NCBI GenBank assembly: GCA_964490075.1
Contig: CAZBBK010000001.1
Span: 62,001-126,000 of the forward strand
Direction: 5' to 3'
Source of the DNA: an uncultured Gemmatimonadota bacterium
Lineage (GTDB): Bacteria; GCA-2686955
DNA: 64,000 nt
Positions 1 to 10,432 of the stretch are shown piece by piece. The position numbers and the translations under genes are program-made. The first letter of the stretch is position 1, and each line of letters opens with the position of its first letter. The notes beneath the pieces were generated by a model. It was not told the DNA's origin. It did not search any database and saw only the letters and a list, made by a program, of their open reading frames with translations.

Positions 1-1849
1 GGTCGTCGGTCACGAAACCCTCCACGCTCAGATCGCCGCCGACCGTCAGATCGTGGCCGACGGTGGCGTCGGTGTCACAATGGAAACGCCAGCCGCGCAC
101 CTCGCCGGTCTGGGCCCAGATGCCGGCTCCGGCGATCACGTCGACCTGGGCGTGCACGCTGCCCCGGCTCTCCAGGATGTTGGCCGTGAGCTTGCCGTTG
201 ATCACCACGTCGCCGGGGTAGGGGTTGGGGAACACGCCGTCGGGACCGGTGGGACCGCTCGGACCACTGGGACCGCTGGGACCGGTGGCTCCCTTCGGAC
301 CCGAGGGACCACTCGGACCACTGGGGCCGCGCGGACCGGTGGGACCGACCAGACCTCGGGGACCGCTCGGACCGCTGGGGCCCACCGGACCGGTGGGACC
401 CTCGATCCCCTGTGCTCCGCTCGGGCCGCTGGGACCACTCGGGCCGGTGGGGCCGCGCGCGCCGCGTGCCCCCGGCGGACCGGTCGGCCCCGCGGGTCCG
501 GAGGGTCCACTGGGTCCCGCGGGTCCCGCGAGCCCCGGGAAGCTGTCGGCCGCGACCCACTCGGTCCCCACGACAGTGCTCATCAGGATGTCGGACTCCT
601 CTCCAGGATTGTTGAAGGAGTCGAAGAAGGGACCCTCGAGACGCAGATCGCCCGCCACGTGTAGCGCCGCGCTCGGTTCGTCGGTCGCCACGCCGAGCGC
701 GAGCCCGTCGTTGAAGAGCAGAGAGTCGGCGATCCAGCCCAGACTGTCGTAGCGGGCGGTGGCTCCGAAGAAGCCGTCGACCAGCAATCCCGGAGGCCCG
801 GCAGGTCCGTCTTCGCCGACTGGGCCCTGGGGCCCCGTCGGTCCCTCGGGGCCGCTCGGACCAGGATCGCCCGGGAACCCTTGCGACCCGGTCGGTCCCG
901 CGGGACCGCTCGGACCCGGGTCGCCCTGGGCGCCGGTCGGCCCCTGAGGACCCGGATCACCCTGGATGCCTTGCGGTCCCCTCGGCCCGGTCGGCCCCAG
1001 CGGACCCGGATCGCCGGGAGGTCCGGTCGGCCCCGGGGGACCGGTTGGCCCGATGAGGTCGGTCGGATCGCCGACCCAGCGGCCGGCGCCGTCCACGACC
1101 TCCGTGCCCGCGATCAGCAGCCCCCCGGCATCCACGGCGTCCGCCGATTGCAGAGCGAGGCCGGCGCCGGACCCCGGCACCACGATCCCGGGACCGTCCA
1201 CGTCCTCGATCACGATCCCGGCTCCGGCCGCCCCTTCGATCCGCAAAGCGTCGCCGCCGGAAGCAATCACCAGAACGCCGGTGCTCCCCGATTCTCGAAT
1301 CCTCAAACCGATCCCGTACGGAGCCTCGGCGGCGAGCGCCGCGGCCTCGGGATCGAGATTGCTGTTGCGAAAGCCGCCCGCCGCGACGCCGAAGCTGCCA
1401 TCGATCCCGAAGCCGAAGTTGGGGCCCTTGGCCCCATCGTCGCCGGGATCCTGGCGCGCCGCAGCGACGAAACCGGTCGCGCCGCGGTTGAGCAGCAGCA
1501 CGAAGGCGTCGATCCGCGCGAGCTCCAGATCGGGCCGACCGTCCTGGTCCCAGTCGCCGCAGGCCACTTCCATCACGTCGTGCCAGCGATCGAGCCCCGC
1601 CTCGCGAGTGACGTCGCGCAGCGAGCCCTCGGCGTCGAGGCGTTGGAGCCTCAGCTCCCCGGCGTCGGTGAGCTCCAGCAGCTCGGCGAAGCCGTCGCCG
1701 TCCAGGTCCAGCAGAGCCGTGCGCTCCTGGCCACCGAGCACGAGCAGCTCATCGGTTTCGGCCCAGTCCAGCTGGTCGCCGAGCGCCGAACCGGACAGGG
1801 CGATGCCGGTCGATGCGAGATGGAAAAGAAACACTTTCATCGGGTGCAT
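1..1849 (-). CDS. Secreted collagen-like fibre protein: FG-GAP/VCBS-like N-terminus, two Gly-X-Y tracts, tail-fibre-like beta segments; runs off the left edge
   Basis: Translated by hand; absent from the ORF track because there is no stop inside the window. ATG at 1849 with GGAGG at 1856-1860. [24 protein letters not shown] signal-like start, [11 protein letters not shown] and [11 protein letters not shown] motifs, then GPT/GPS/GPQ triplet runs and [20 protein letters not shown]. Frame is open to the window edge. Confidence 0.9.
   Translation of the reverse strand, partial: MHPMKVFLFHLASTGIALSGSALGDQLDWAETDELLVLGGQERTALLDLDGDGFAELLELTDAGELRLQRLDAEGSLRDVTREAGLDRWHDVMEVACGDWDQDGRPDLELARIDAFVLLLNRGATGFVAAARQDPGDDGAKGPNFGFGIDGSFGVAAGGFRNSNLDPEAAALAAEAPYGIGLRIRESGSTGVLVIASGGDALRIEGAAGAGIVIEDVDGPGIVVPGSGAGLALQSADAVDAGGLLIAGTEVVDGAGRWVGDPTDLIGPTGPPGPTGPPGDPGPLGPTGPRGPQGIQGDPGPQGPTGAQGDPGPSGPAGPTGSQGFPGDPGPSGPEGPTGPQGPVGEDGPAGPPGLLVDGFFGATARYDSLGWIADSLLFNDGLALGVATDEPSAALHVAGDLRLEGPFFDSFNNPGEESDILMSTVVGTEWVAADSFPGLAGPAGPSGPSGPAGPTGPPGARGARGPTGPSGPSGPSGAQGIEGPTGPVGPSGPSGPRGLVGPTGPRGPSGPSGPSGPKGATGPSGPSGPSGPTGPDGVFPNPYPGDVVINGKLTANILESRGSVHAQVDVIAGAGIWAQTGEVRGWRFHCDTDATVGHDLTVGGDLSVEGFVTDD
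236..536 (-). repeat. Collagen Gly-X-Y repeat tract 2 (~33 triplets, GPS-rich)
   Basis: 9-bp periodic ggaccgctg/ggaccactc-type repeats on +; reads [12 protein letters not shown]...GPTGPD on -. Confidence 0.9.
788..1051 (-). repeat. Collagen Gly-X-Y repeat tract 1 (~29 triplets, with recurring GDP)
   Basis: Reads [18 protein letters not shown]...[10 protein letters not shown] on the - strand. Confidence 0.9.
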
Positions 1850-2080
1850 GGTGCACCTCCCTGGTCCACGGTGCGCGCCAACCTGCGCCGCCACGATGCG
1901 CGGACAGGGGGACGACAGCGGACGAGCCCGTTTCCAAGCTCGCGCCCGCTCGCCAGGGGACGCGCGGCTCGGATAGGTGTCGCAAGCGATCGAAGCGGTG
2001 CGTATGCCGCTCGAAACACCGATGGGGCGGGAGCCGGGAGTGTTACCGGATCGCCGACCGGGGAGCGGGCGCGTGGATGC

Positions 2081-3088
2081 CTACGCCGGCGTCAACCCCA
2101 GGAGCCGCGCGGCGTTGTCCCAGAGCACGGCGCGTCGCAGCTCGGGGCGATCGACCGTGGCCATCAGCAGCTTCGCCAGCGGGATCGCCTGGTGGTACCA
2201 GGGCCAGTCGGAACCGAAAACGATCCGTTCCGGCGGCGCCTCGGCGAGGATGCGGCGCACGTTGGTGACCGACTGGCAGGAGATCTCCAGCCAGACGTTG
2301 TCGTATCTCTGAGCGTGGGCCAACGCCTCTTCCATCTGCAGGGCGCCGGAGTGGCCGAGCAGAAAGGTGGTTTCCGGACAGTGCTCGACGGCCTTGCGAT
2401 AGCGCTCGACCTGGCAGAGGCGGCGGCCGTGGGGCGGTTCGATACCGACCGGACCGCAGTGAAAGAGGACCGGCAGACCGAGCTCACCGGCGCGGCGATA
2501 GAGGCGCAGCGCCCGCGGATCGTCTGGCGCCACGATCTGCGCCATCGGGTGCAGCTTCAGGCCGCGGATGCCCAGCTCCTGCTGTCGCGCCAGCTGGCGC
2601 TCCATGCAGGGGGTCCAGGGATGGACGGAGCCGAAGAGGATCAGCTCTGGATGGCGCGCCGTCACCCGCGCATATGCCTCGGTATTGGCCGAGAGCGCCG
2701 GCCACTCGATCGCCAGCAGCACCGAGTGGCTGATCCCGAGCTCGCCCATCTCCCGCAGCAGGTTGGGCGCGGTGTGGGTGGTCCGCATGCCGCCCGTCGT
2801 CGCGGCCCGCAGCGACACGTCGCGTTTCATCTCCGCCAGGTCGTCCGGAGGCAGATTCTGGTTGACGTAGCAATCGAGATCGAGAGGCCGATCGAGCGAG
2901 AGGTAGTGGCGCATGGCGCAGGCACGCTCGAGGTCGACGCGCATCGGCAGCAGGTAGGCCAGGGCCAGGTGGGTGTGGAAGTCGACCGCCGGTCCGATCG
3001 GCTCGGTGCAGACCAGGCGCCCCTCGCGCCGCTCGAACCACGGCAGCCGCCGCAGATCCCAGGCACTCTCGAAGCGAGTTTGCATCAT
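2081..3088 (-). CDS. Amidohydrolase family protein (Amidohydro_2-type TIM barrel)
   Basis: VDFHTH metal motif, GLKLHP, PVLFHCG, LLGHSG, IVFGSDWPW, and C-terminal VLWDNAARLLGL. Confidence 0.88.
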   Translation of the reverse strand: MMQTRFESAWDLRRLPWFERREGRLVCTEPIGPAVDFHTHLALAYLLPMRVDLERACAMRHYLSLDRPLDLDCYVNQNLPPDDLAEMKRDVSLRAATTGGMRTTHTAPNLLREMGELGISHSVLLAIEWPALSANTEAYARVTARHPELILFGSVHPWTPCMERQLARQQELGIRGLKLHPMAQIVAPDDPRALRLYRRAGELGLPVLFHCGPVGIEPPHGRRLCQVERYRKAVEHCPETTFLLGHSGALQMEEALAHAQRYDNVWLEISCQSVTNVRRILAEAPPERIVFGSDWPWYHQAIPLAKLLMATVDRPELRRAVLWDNAARLLGLTPA

Positions 3089-3097
3089 CGGGGCACG

Positions 3098-3340
3098 CTA
3101 GCAGACGCGGCGAACCTCGTAGGAATCGAATGCTCGATCGTACGACAACACCGCCATCCCCTCGACGCGAGCCTGGGCGATGATCATGCGGTCGAAGGGA
3201 TCCGGGCGATGGCGGCGATCGCCCGGCGCGCCGAGGCGCTGCGCCGCGGGTTGAGGGGCGACAAGGAGCGGAGCGCGGCGGGCTGACAGCCAGCCCGCCT
3301 CCGCACTGGAGCAATCGCCTCGCCGGTCGATCTTCCTCAT
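3098..3340 (-). pseudogene. Remnant of PIN-domain (VapC-type) toxin gene, C-terminal part only
   Basis: HRPDPFDRMIIAQARVEGMAVLSYDRAFDSYEV matches the HxDPFDRxxIAQA...SxD tail of VapC PIN toxins. The N-terminal LLDT motif is absent and no antitoxin ORF is seen. Confidence 0.7.
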
Positions 3341-3381
3341 GGGCCGGCCCAGGCAAGGAAGCTCGGTCCATTGGAGTTTCC

Positions 3382-4683
3382 ATGGTTTCGCGCGCGCATG
3401 CTCGACGAAGAACGGCCGCCGCGCTCAGCGTGGTCGCGCTGCTCGGCGGCGGCTGCTCGGTGGCGCCACCGGGGCCGGAATCGGTCGGCGCGATCGAGGG
3501 GATGCTCAGCCTGGAAGACGGCGACCCGGCCGCCGGCGCGTTGGTGTCGGGCGGCGGTCGCAGCACCAGCGCCGGCGCGCAGGGCGCGTTCCGGCTGGCG
3601 CCGCTGGACGACGGCAGCTACGAGCTCGAGATCGAGGCGGACGGGCACGGGACGACGCGGCTCGCTTCGGTGGCCGTCGCCGCACAGCGCGCCACCGACG
3701 CGGGCCTCATCACGCTGCTGCGTCAGGCGGAGCTCGACTCGGTGGTCGCAGCGGGGAACACCGATCTAGACGCGGCGCGTAGCTACCTGGTCAACGGCCG
3801 CGTCGCAATCGCCGCGGGCGAGACCCTGCGCCTGGGCGAAGCCACGCGCCTGGTGCTGAGCTCCGGCGCCGCGCTGGAGGTTCGAGGAGCGCTCGAGACT
3901 TCCGCGACCGGGGCGCGGGCCGAGATCGTCGCTTCGGGCTCGGGCGAGAGCGGCGTGCTGCTGAGCGCCGGCTCCGGTCCCCACATCTTGCGCAACACAG
4001 ATTTCAGCACCCTCTACGAGGCACTGACGATCGCCGAGCAGGTCGTCATCAGCATCGAAGACTGCCGCTTCCAGGACATGGGTCGGGTCGGAATCGTCTC
4101 CTCCGGATCGTCGGTCGAGGTCTCGGACTGCGAGTTTCTGCGCTCCACCTACGGCATCGAGCTCTTCAACGCCGGCTCGTCCTCGATCACTTGGAGCCTC
4201 TTCGAGGACTGCGAGCGCAGCGCGCTGGTGGTGTCGAGCACGACCGTCGCCATCGAAGACAACCGCTTCCTCTCTTGCAACACCGCCATCGAGCTCAGCG
4301 TCAACAGCACGCCCGAGATCGTTCACAATCTCTTCCAGGACAACGTGACAGGAATCAGCGGCTCGGGATGCTCCATCGGCGCCAACGGCATGCGCATCGA
4401 CCACAACAGTTTCGAGAGCATCTCCGACATCGACCTGCGGCTCTCGCTCAACTGCTACCCGGTGGTGACGGGCAACAACTTCTCCACGACCTCGAACTTC
4501 GCCTTCTCGAGCCCCAAGAACACCATCGCCGATACTCTGGACGCAGGCGGCAACTACTGGGGCACCGGAGATGCCGCGCGGATCCCGGGCCGGATCTACG
4601 ACGCGCGCGTCAACGCCACGCGAGCCCCGGTTCGCTACCAGCCCTTCGAGCTCTCCCCTCTGCCCGGCACGGGACCCGAGTAG
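3382..4683 (+). CDS. Lipoprotein with carboxypeptidase-regulatory-like domain and right-handed parallel beta-helix repeats
   Basis: GGAG RBS; lipobox LLGGG-C; GAFRL..L..GSYELEIEA.G; repeated I.DC.F/I.HN.F coils; LDAGGNYWG near the C-terminus. Confidence 0.8.
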   Translation: MVSRAHARRRTAAALSVVALLGGGCSVAPPGPESVGAIEGMLSLEDGDPAAGALVSGGGRSTSAGAQGAFRLAPLDDGSYELEIEADGHGTTRLASVAVAAQRATDAGLITLLRQAELDSVVAAGNTDLDAARSYLVNGRVAIAAGETLRLGEATRLVLSSGAALEVRGALETSATGARAEIVASGSGESGVLLSAGSGPHILRNTDFSTLYEALTIAEQVVISIEDCRFQDMGRVGIVSSGSSVEVSDCEFLRSTYGIELFNAGSSSITWSLFEDCERSALVVSSTTVAIEDNRFLSCNTAIELSVNSTPEIVHNLFQDNVTGISGSGCSIGANGMRIDHNSFESISDIDLRLSLNCYPVVTGNNFSTTSNFAFSSPKNTIADTLDAGGNYWGTGDAARIPGRIYDARVNATRAPVRYQPFELSPLPGTGPE

Positions 4684-4832
4684 CCGGAGCGCATTTCCGT
4701 CCAAGGATCCTGCCCCCAACGGCGTCAAGGGTGGCAAGGAGCCCTCTCGACCCTCGTGACGATGCGCCTCGGGCTCGCAAAACAACCCCGATGGGCGCCG
4801 CCACGGTGGCCCCTCGAGAGCAGGATGGCGAA

Positions 4833-6317
4833 ATGCGCAACTCCCGGATTTCCAGCGTGCTGTTGGCTTCGCTCGCGACAATGACCATGCTCGGCTCGGC
4901 ACCGGCGCTCACTCACTATGTCCCCAACGCCGGCTCTTCCATCCAGACTGCGATCAACGCGGCTGCAAACGGCGACACGGTGATGGTCGGGCCCGACACC
5001 TACTTCGAGAGCATCGACTTTCTCGGCAAGGACATCACCGTGGTCAGTTGGAGCGGTCCCTACCTGACGACCATCGACGGCGGCGGAAGCGGCGCGGTGG
5101 TCACCTTCTCCTCTGGAGAGAGTCTCGCGGCACTGCTCGAAGGCTTCACCATCACCGGTTCCGACACCGGGATCTGGATCGACTATGCGTCGCCGACCGT
5201 GCGCGACAACATCGTCGAGGACAACGATCCGAACAGCGGCATTCAGGTCGGCTACGACGCCTATCCGCTTATCGAGAAGAACATCATTCGCGACAACACC
5301 GGGTTCAACGGGGCCGGAATCTCCGTCGGCGGCGCCGATCCGGTGATCTCCGAGAACCTCATCGAGAACAACCACAGCGATGGCTATGGCCGAGGCGGCG
5401 CAGGGATCTACGTCCAAAGCTCCGGCGCGACGCTCATCCTGAGCAACGTCATTCGTGGCAACAGCAGCGACACCGATGGGGGCGGGATCGGCCTCATGGA
5501 GTGTACGCCGACGATCGTCAACAACATGATCTTATGGAACACCGCCAGCGGAGACGGCGGCGGGCTGCACGTCCCCGACCCTCACGTGGTTCCGATCGTC
5601 ACCAACAACACCATTGTCTCCAATATTGTGCTGCAGGGGCAGGGCGGCGGCATCTACGTGCGCAGCTCGCCGTACGCCGACACCTTGGGGATCACCAACA
5701 CCATCGTTCGCGACAATCAAGCACCCACCAGTCCCGAGATCGCCGACGCCGGCGGCGTCGCACTGGTCACCTACAGCGACATCAAAGGGGGGTGGCCCGG
5801 AGCGGGAAACATCGACGCCGATCCGCTCTTCGTCGAGGCGGCCGTCGGCGACCTGCACCTGACCCACGACTCGCCCTGCAAAGACTCCGGAACCAGCGCC
5901 GCGCCGGCCTGGCCGAGCCTCGACTTCGAAGGCGATTCGCGCAGTGCCGATGACGGCACCGACATGGGCGCCGACGAATTCCACATCCACCTCTATCACA
6001 CCGGCGACGTGATTCCGGGCGGGACCATCCAGGTGCGCGTCGTCGGACCTCCGAGCACGCCGTCGGTGGCGATCGCGATGGGCCCGGCGGTCCAGGATCC
6101 ACCGGTGCCGACCCAGTACGGCGATCTCCATCTGGTGCTTCCGGTGCTGTGGCAGAAGAACCTCGGCGGGATCGGCCCGAGCGGAGTCCTGACCTACGGC
6201 GCGGTCGTGCCGACCTTCTGGTACACCGGAGAGGATCGCCCCTTCCAGGCCTTGGTCGGACCGCTCGGAGACCCGAGCTCGCGGCTGACCAACCTGATGA
6301 TGCTGCGGGTGCAGTAG
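4833..6317 (+). CDS. Secreted right-handed parallel beta-helix repeat protein with C-terminal Ig-like domain
   Basis: Signal peptide MRNSRISSVLLASLATMTMLGSAPA; IQTAINAAANGDTVMV..TYFESIDFLGK, LEGFTIT, GGGI/N.I..N repeats, GNIDADPLF, DSPC.D.G, DMGADE. Start moved from the ORF-track 4191 to ATG 4833. Confidence 0.88.
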   Translation: MRNSRISSVLLASLATMTMLGSAPALTHYVPNAGSSIQTAINAAANGDTVMVGPDTYFESIDFLGKDITVVSWSGPYLTTIDGGGSGAVVTFSSGESLAALLEGFTITGSDTGIWIDYASPTVRDNIVEDNDPNSGIQVGYDAYPLIEKNIIRDNTGFNGAGISVGGADPVISENLIENNHSDGYGRGGAGIYVQSSGATLILSNVIRGNSSDTDGGGIGLMECTPTIVNNMILWNTASGDGGGLHVPDPHVVPIVTNNTIVSNIVLQGQGGGIYVRSSPYADTLGITNTIVRDNQAPTSPEIADAGGVALVTYSDIKGGWPGAGNIDADPLFVEAAVGDLHLTHDSPCKDSGTSAAPAWPSLDFEGDSRSADDGTDMGADEFHIHLYHTGDVIPGGTIQVRVVGPPSTPSVAIAMGPAVQDPPVPTQYGDLHLVLPVLWQKNLGGIGPSGVLTYGAVVPTFWYTGEDRPFQALVGPLGDPSSRLTNLMMLRVQ

Positions 6318-6433
6318 CGCGAAGCGCTCGTGTCTCGAAGGGGCCGGACCGCGCTCGCGCTCCGGTCCCGACGAGCCCCGTGATAGAGTCGGGGCCGACC
6401 CTGCGATTCGCCCCCAGTCCTCCGAGGTGCCCC

Positions 6434-7843
6434 ATGCCGCGCCCCCTCTTCCTGGCCGGGGAATCCCGCGCCTCGAACGATGTCCGGGAGATCAAGAGCC
6501 CCTACGACGGCCGCGTGGTCTCTGAAGTCTGCTGCGCCGATTCCGCGTTGCTCGCCGAGGCGATCGATCGCTGCGCCGCGCCACCTCGCTGGCCGGCCTG
6601 GCAGCGGGCCCGAATCCTCGATGCCGCCGCACGCGAGACCCGCCGGAGGCGCGAGGAGATCACCGGAGCGCTGGTGGCCGAATGCGGCAAGCCGGTCGCC
6701 GCTGCGCGCATCGAGGCGGCGCGCGCGGTCGACACCTTCACCGATGCCGCCTTCGCCGCTCGCGGCCTCGGCGGCGAGATCCAACCCCTCGACTCGGCCC
6801 AGGCCGGCGAAGGGCGCATCGCCTTGCAGCGCCGCTTCCCGATCGGTCCGGTGGCGGCGATCACGCCCTTCAACTTCCCCTTCAACCTGGCGGTTCACAA
6901 AGTTGCGCCGGCGATCGCGGCCGGCTGCCCCGTGGTGCTCAAGCCGGCCTCGCAGACCCCGACCACGGCGCTCCTGCTGGCGGAGATCCTGCGCGACGCC
7001 GGGCTCCCGGCCGGCGCCCTGAGCGTGCTGCCGATGGCGCACGACACGGCGGCACCGCTGGCGACCGATCCGCGTTTCCGGCTGCTCACCTTTACCGGCT
7101 CGGCCGAGGTCGGCTGGGAGCTGAAACGCCGCGCCAATCACATGCGCGTGGCGCTCGAGCTGGGCGGCAACGCCGGCAACATCGTCTGCGCCGACGCCGA
7201 CCTCGACCTGGCGGTGGAGAAGCTGACCACCGGGGCCTTCGCCTTCGCCGGTCAATCGTGCATCAGCGTGCAGCGTATCTTCGTCGCCCGCCCGCTCTTC
7301 GAGTCATTCCGCGAGAAGATCGTGGCGCGCGTGGAGCGCCATGTGCGCTGGGGAGATCCGCGCGACGAAGAGGTCGTGGTTGGTCCCTTGATCACCCGCG
7401 GCGACGCGGAGCGAGTGATGGAGTGGATCGCCGAGGCGACCGACCAGGGCGCGACCCTGCTCTGCGGCGGGGGGCGCCACGACTCGGTGGTGGAGCCGAC
7501 GCTGCTCGGCGAGCCCGACCCCGCTCTGCGCGTGGTGGAGCGCGAGGTGTTCGGTCCGGTGGCCTGCCTCTTGCCCTTCGACGAGATCGAGGAGGCCTTC
7601 GAGCAGGTCAACCGCAGCAGCTTCGGTCTGCAGGCCGGGATCTTCACCGAGTCCGTCGACGCGGCGCTGCGCGCCCACGAGGCGCTCGACGTGGGCGGCA
7701 TCGTGCACAACGACGCCAGCGCCTTCCGGGTCGACGCGATGCCCTACGGCGGAGTCAAAGAGAGCGGCACCGGCCGCGAGGGCCCGCGCCACGCCGTCCA
7801 TGAATACACCGAGCCGCGACTGTTGGTGCTGAAGAGGGGCTAG
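6434..7843 (+). CDS. Aldehyde dehydrogenase family protein
   Basis: GAGGTG RBS before ATG 6434; ITPFNFP, VLKPA, FTGS, LELGGN, GQSC (catalytic Cys), EVFGPV, PYGGVKESG. Confidence 0.95.
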   Translation: MPRPLFLAGESRASNDVREIKSPYDGRVVSEVCCADSALLAEAIDRCAAPPRWPAWQRARILDAAARETRRRREEITGALVAECGKPVAAARIEAARAVDTFTDAAFAARGLGGEIQPLDSAQAGEGRIALQRRFPIGPVAAITPFNFPFNLAVHKVAPAIAAGCPVVLKPASQTPTTALLLAEILRDAGLPAGALSVLPMAHDTAAPLATDPRFRLLTFTGSAEVGWELKRRANHMRVALELGGNAGNIVCADADLDLAVEKLTTGAFAFAGQSCISVQRIFVARPLFESFREKIVARVERHVRWGDPRDEEVVVGPLITRGDAERVMEWIAEATDQGATLLCGGGRHDSVVEPTLLGEPDPALRVVEREVFGPVACLLPFDEIEEAFEQVNRSSFGLQAGIFTESVDAALRAHEALDVGGIVHNDASAFRVDAMPYGGVKESGTGREGPRHAVHEYTEPRLLVLKRG

Positions 7844-7850
7844 CGCCCCT

Positions 7851-9212
7851 TCAGGGCACGAGCCAGGCGTGTCGGAGCTGCTGGTTGCCGCGGTTGTAGA
7901 GAATATGGACGAGGCCATCGGCGTCGACGACGATCGCCGGCTCGTGCCATTCCACGCGCTGGTTGCCGCCCTGCGGATCGATCTCCTCCGGCGCCGACCA
8001 GCTCTGAGGCCCACCGGAGACGACCAGGACCCGCTCGCGTCGGAGCTGATCGTCGTGTCTCTGGTAGACGACCCAGACGGTGCCGGCATGGTCGACCTCG
8101 ATCGAGGGGTGGCGTCCCTCCTCGCCCAGCAGCTCCGGCGCGCTCCACGAGCCCATCGACCCGAAGTCGCCGTCGGCGTAGGTGTACCAGATCCCGCTCA
8201 GATCGCCATCGCGGGTGCCGTTGGCCACCACGTGCACCCGATCTTCGAATCCCGGCGGGCCGCCCACCGCGACCGCCGAGTGGTCCATGTGGTCCCCGCC
8301 CAACCCCAAGGGCAGCAGCACCTTGTCTTCGTCCCAGAAGGCGATCTCGCCGAAGCGGCACAGTGAATCCGAGCCGGCCTGGAACGACGCGGCCGCCAGA
8401 CCGATCCGTTTCGCCGAGGCGCCCTTGCCGCCGGCCTCGGTGGTGCAGGTGAGGATCGGCAGGCCCCAGGAGCTCAGCGCCGACGAGACGTGCTCCTGGT
8501 TGCCGGCCACGGCAGCGATATCGCAGGAGGGATCCCAGACCGCTCCGAGCAGTCCCCGGCTCGCGACGAATCCCACGTTGTCGTTGTCGGGATGGCGTTT
8601 CCAGCGATAGGCCACGAGCACCTGGCCGCTCGGTGAGATCTGCAGAGTGCTGGATCCTTCGTCGTAGACGAGGTCGTTGACCCGGCTCTTGACCCAGTCT
8701 CCCCCCGCGTCCCAGGTGGCGTGCTGCAGCACGTTGTAGCGCCACTCGGCGCAGGCCGGTTCGTCGTCCCGGCAACGCCGGCGATAGCTCAAGTGCGGCG
8801 CTCCCGTGGCATCGACCGCGATCGAAGGCAGGTAGTTGCTGCGGTGCGGTTTGGGATCCGAGTGGGGGGCTTCGACCGAGATCAGCTCCCGATCCTGCCA
8901 GACCCCGGCCTGCTGCCGCCGCCAGAGCAAGGCTCGCCGCGCCCAATCGGTTCCCTTCCAATGCTCGTAGACCACGTGCAGATCGCCGTCCAGAGCGACG
9001 CCCAGGGAGGCGATGCCGATCGAATCGTCCTGCTCCGATGCCGTCTCGATGGTCTCGAAGAGCCAGCCCTGCCCCTCTCCATCGAGGGGGGCCACATCGG
9101 TGGCACGCGCGTGGCCGGCGCAAACCGTTGCGAGCACGAAAATGACGAGGGTCGGCAAGAAAGTCCTCCCGGTATCGGATGCGGCGCCCGACACTCTGGT
9201 TTCTGTCGGCAA
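7851..9212 (-). CDS. Secreted hypothetical protein, probable beta-propeller
   Basis: Hydrophobic leader ending AHARA; repeated PSIAVD..G..H..Y blades and WS.PE motifs. TTG start uncertain. Confidence 0.7.
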   Translation of the reverse strand: MPTETRVSGAASDTGRTFLPTLVIFVLATVCAGHARATDVAPLDGEGQGWLFETIETASEQDDSIGIASLGVALDGDLHVVYEHWKGTDWARRALLWRRQQAGVWQDRELISVEAPHSDPKPHRSNYLPSIAVDATGAPHLSYRRRCRDDEPACAEWRYNVLQHATWDAGGDWVKSRVNDLVYDEGSSTLQISPSGQVLVAYRWKRHPDNDNVGFVASRGLLGAVWDPSCDIAAVAGNQEHVSSALSSWGLPILTCTTEAGGKGASAKRIGLAAASFQAGSDSLCRFGEIAFWDEDKVLLPLGLGGDHMDHSAVAVGGPPGFEDRVHVVANGTRDGDLSGIWYTYADGDFGSMGSWSAPELLGEEGRHPSIEVDHAGTVWVVYQRHDDQLRRERVLVVSGGPQSWSAPEEIDPQGGNQRVEWHEPAIVVDADGLVHILYNRGNQQLRHAWLVP

Positions 9213-9247
9213 TGATCGATCGCCGATTCACCCACGGCAAGCACCGG

Positions 9248-10432
9248 ATGGCCCATCGTAACCCCCCCTTGATCTGCGTTTTCCACGCGCTGCAGATGAG
9301 CCTCTTCCCGATGGCGATCGTGACCATCTTCTGGCAGCGCCAGGTCGGGATGACCATGACCGAGATCATGGCGCTGCAGGCCGGCTTCGGGTTGGCGATG
9401 GCGCTCTTCGAGTTCCCCTCCGGGTTTCTGGCCGATCGCATCGGCTACCGCCGCACCCTGCTGGCCGCGTCGCTGGTCACCGCCTGCGCCTGGGGGCTCT
9501 ACGTCGGCGCTGGGAGCTTCTGGCGGATCGCCCTGGCCGAGGCGCTGCTGGGAGTGGGGCTCTCGCTGGTCTCCGGCACCGACTCGGCGCTGCTCTACGA
9601 ATCGCTCGTCGAGAGCGGGGAGGAGAGGCAGTTCTCGCGCTGGTCGGGCCGGATGGTGTTCTGGGGGCAAAGCGCCGAGGGCCTGGCGGCGCTGAGCGCG
9701 GGGCTGCTCTATACCCTTTCTCCGCGCCTGCCCTTCCAGCTCGAGGTGGGCGTGTGGGTGGCCAACCTCGGAGTCGCGCTGGCCCTGGTGGAGCCGATCC
9801 GCTCCCGCCCTTCGCTGGGGCAGAGCGCCGACCAGATCAAGCGCATGCTGCGCTTCGCCGTGCTCGAGTCGCCGCGCCTGCGGCGTCTGATCGGCGCGAT
9901 CGTGGTGTTCGGACTGTCCTCCTTCATCCCGGTCTGGATGATCCAGATCTACGCCGTCGAGGCGGGGATGGGGGAGTCCTGGCTCGGTCCCATGTGGGCG
10001 GTCGCCAACTTCATCGTCGCCCTCACCGCTCTCGCCAGCCATCGCCTGGAGCGCCGCCTGGGACTGAGCACGTCGCTCTCGATCTGCGGACTGCTGGTGG
10101 GGATCGGCTACTTCGGGCTGGCGGCGGTGCACCATCTGTGGGGCTTCGTGTTCTACTTCTGCCTGACGGCGGCCCGCGGTCTCAGCTCGCCGATCCTGCA
10201 GCACGAGGAGCACCGGGCGGTCGCCTCGGCCAATCGCGCGGGCTTTCTTTCGTTGCGCAGCCTGGTGTTCCGGCTTTCGTTCCTGGTGCTGGGACCGCTG
10301 GTCGGCGCGGCGGTGGACCGCTCGGGGCAGCGTCCGGTGCTGGGCGCGCTCGGAATGCTGCTCTGCCTGGCGATCGCCGCCGCCGTGCTGGCGCTGCGCC
10401 GTCCGGCGCAGGAGGGCCGGCGGGGTCGATGA
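9248..10432 (+). CDS. MFS transporter
   Basis: About 12 hydrophobic segments; FEFPSGFLADRIGYRRTL (MFS motif A); SGTDSALLYESL. Confidence 0.92.
   Translation: MAHRNPPLICVFHALQMSLFPMAIVTIFWQRQVGMTMTEIMALQAGFGLAMALFEFPSGFLADRIGYRRTLLAASLVTACAWGLYVGAGSFWRIALAEALLGVGLSLVSGTDSALLYESLVESGEERQFSRWSGRMVFWGQSAEGLAALSAGLLYTLSPRLPFQLEVGVWVANLGVALALVEPIRSRPSLGQSADQIKRMLRFAVLESPRLRRLIGAIVVFGLSSFIPVWMIQIYAVEAGMGESWLGPMWAVANFIVALTALASHRLERRLGLSTSLSICGLLVGIGYFGLAAVHHLWGFVFYFCLTAARGLSSPILQHEEHRAVASANRAGFLSLRSLVFRLSFLVLGPLVGAAVDRSGQRPVLGALGMLLCLAIAAAVLALRRPAQEGRRGR

Noticed and set aside
236-1051. Short periodic repeats as a possible CRISPR array
   Set aside because: 9-bp codon periodicity with no unique spacers; no cas genes in the window.
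225-1976. Plus-strand collagen-like ORFs (225-752, 759-947, 966-1976)
   Set aside because: These are antisense shadows: Gly-Pro-X codons read as Gly-Pro-X on the other strand too. The - strand frame has the RBS, leader and continuous domains.
2081-3088. Amidohydrolase as the missing dihydropyrimidinase
   Set aside because: Short Amidohydro_2-type protein without the cyclic-amidohydrolase layout, and 30 kb from the operon.
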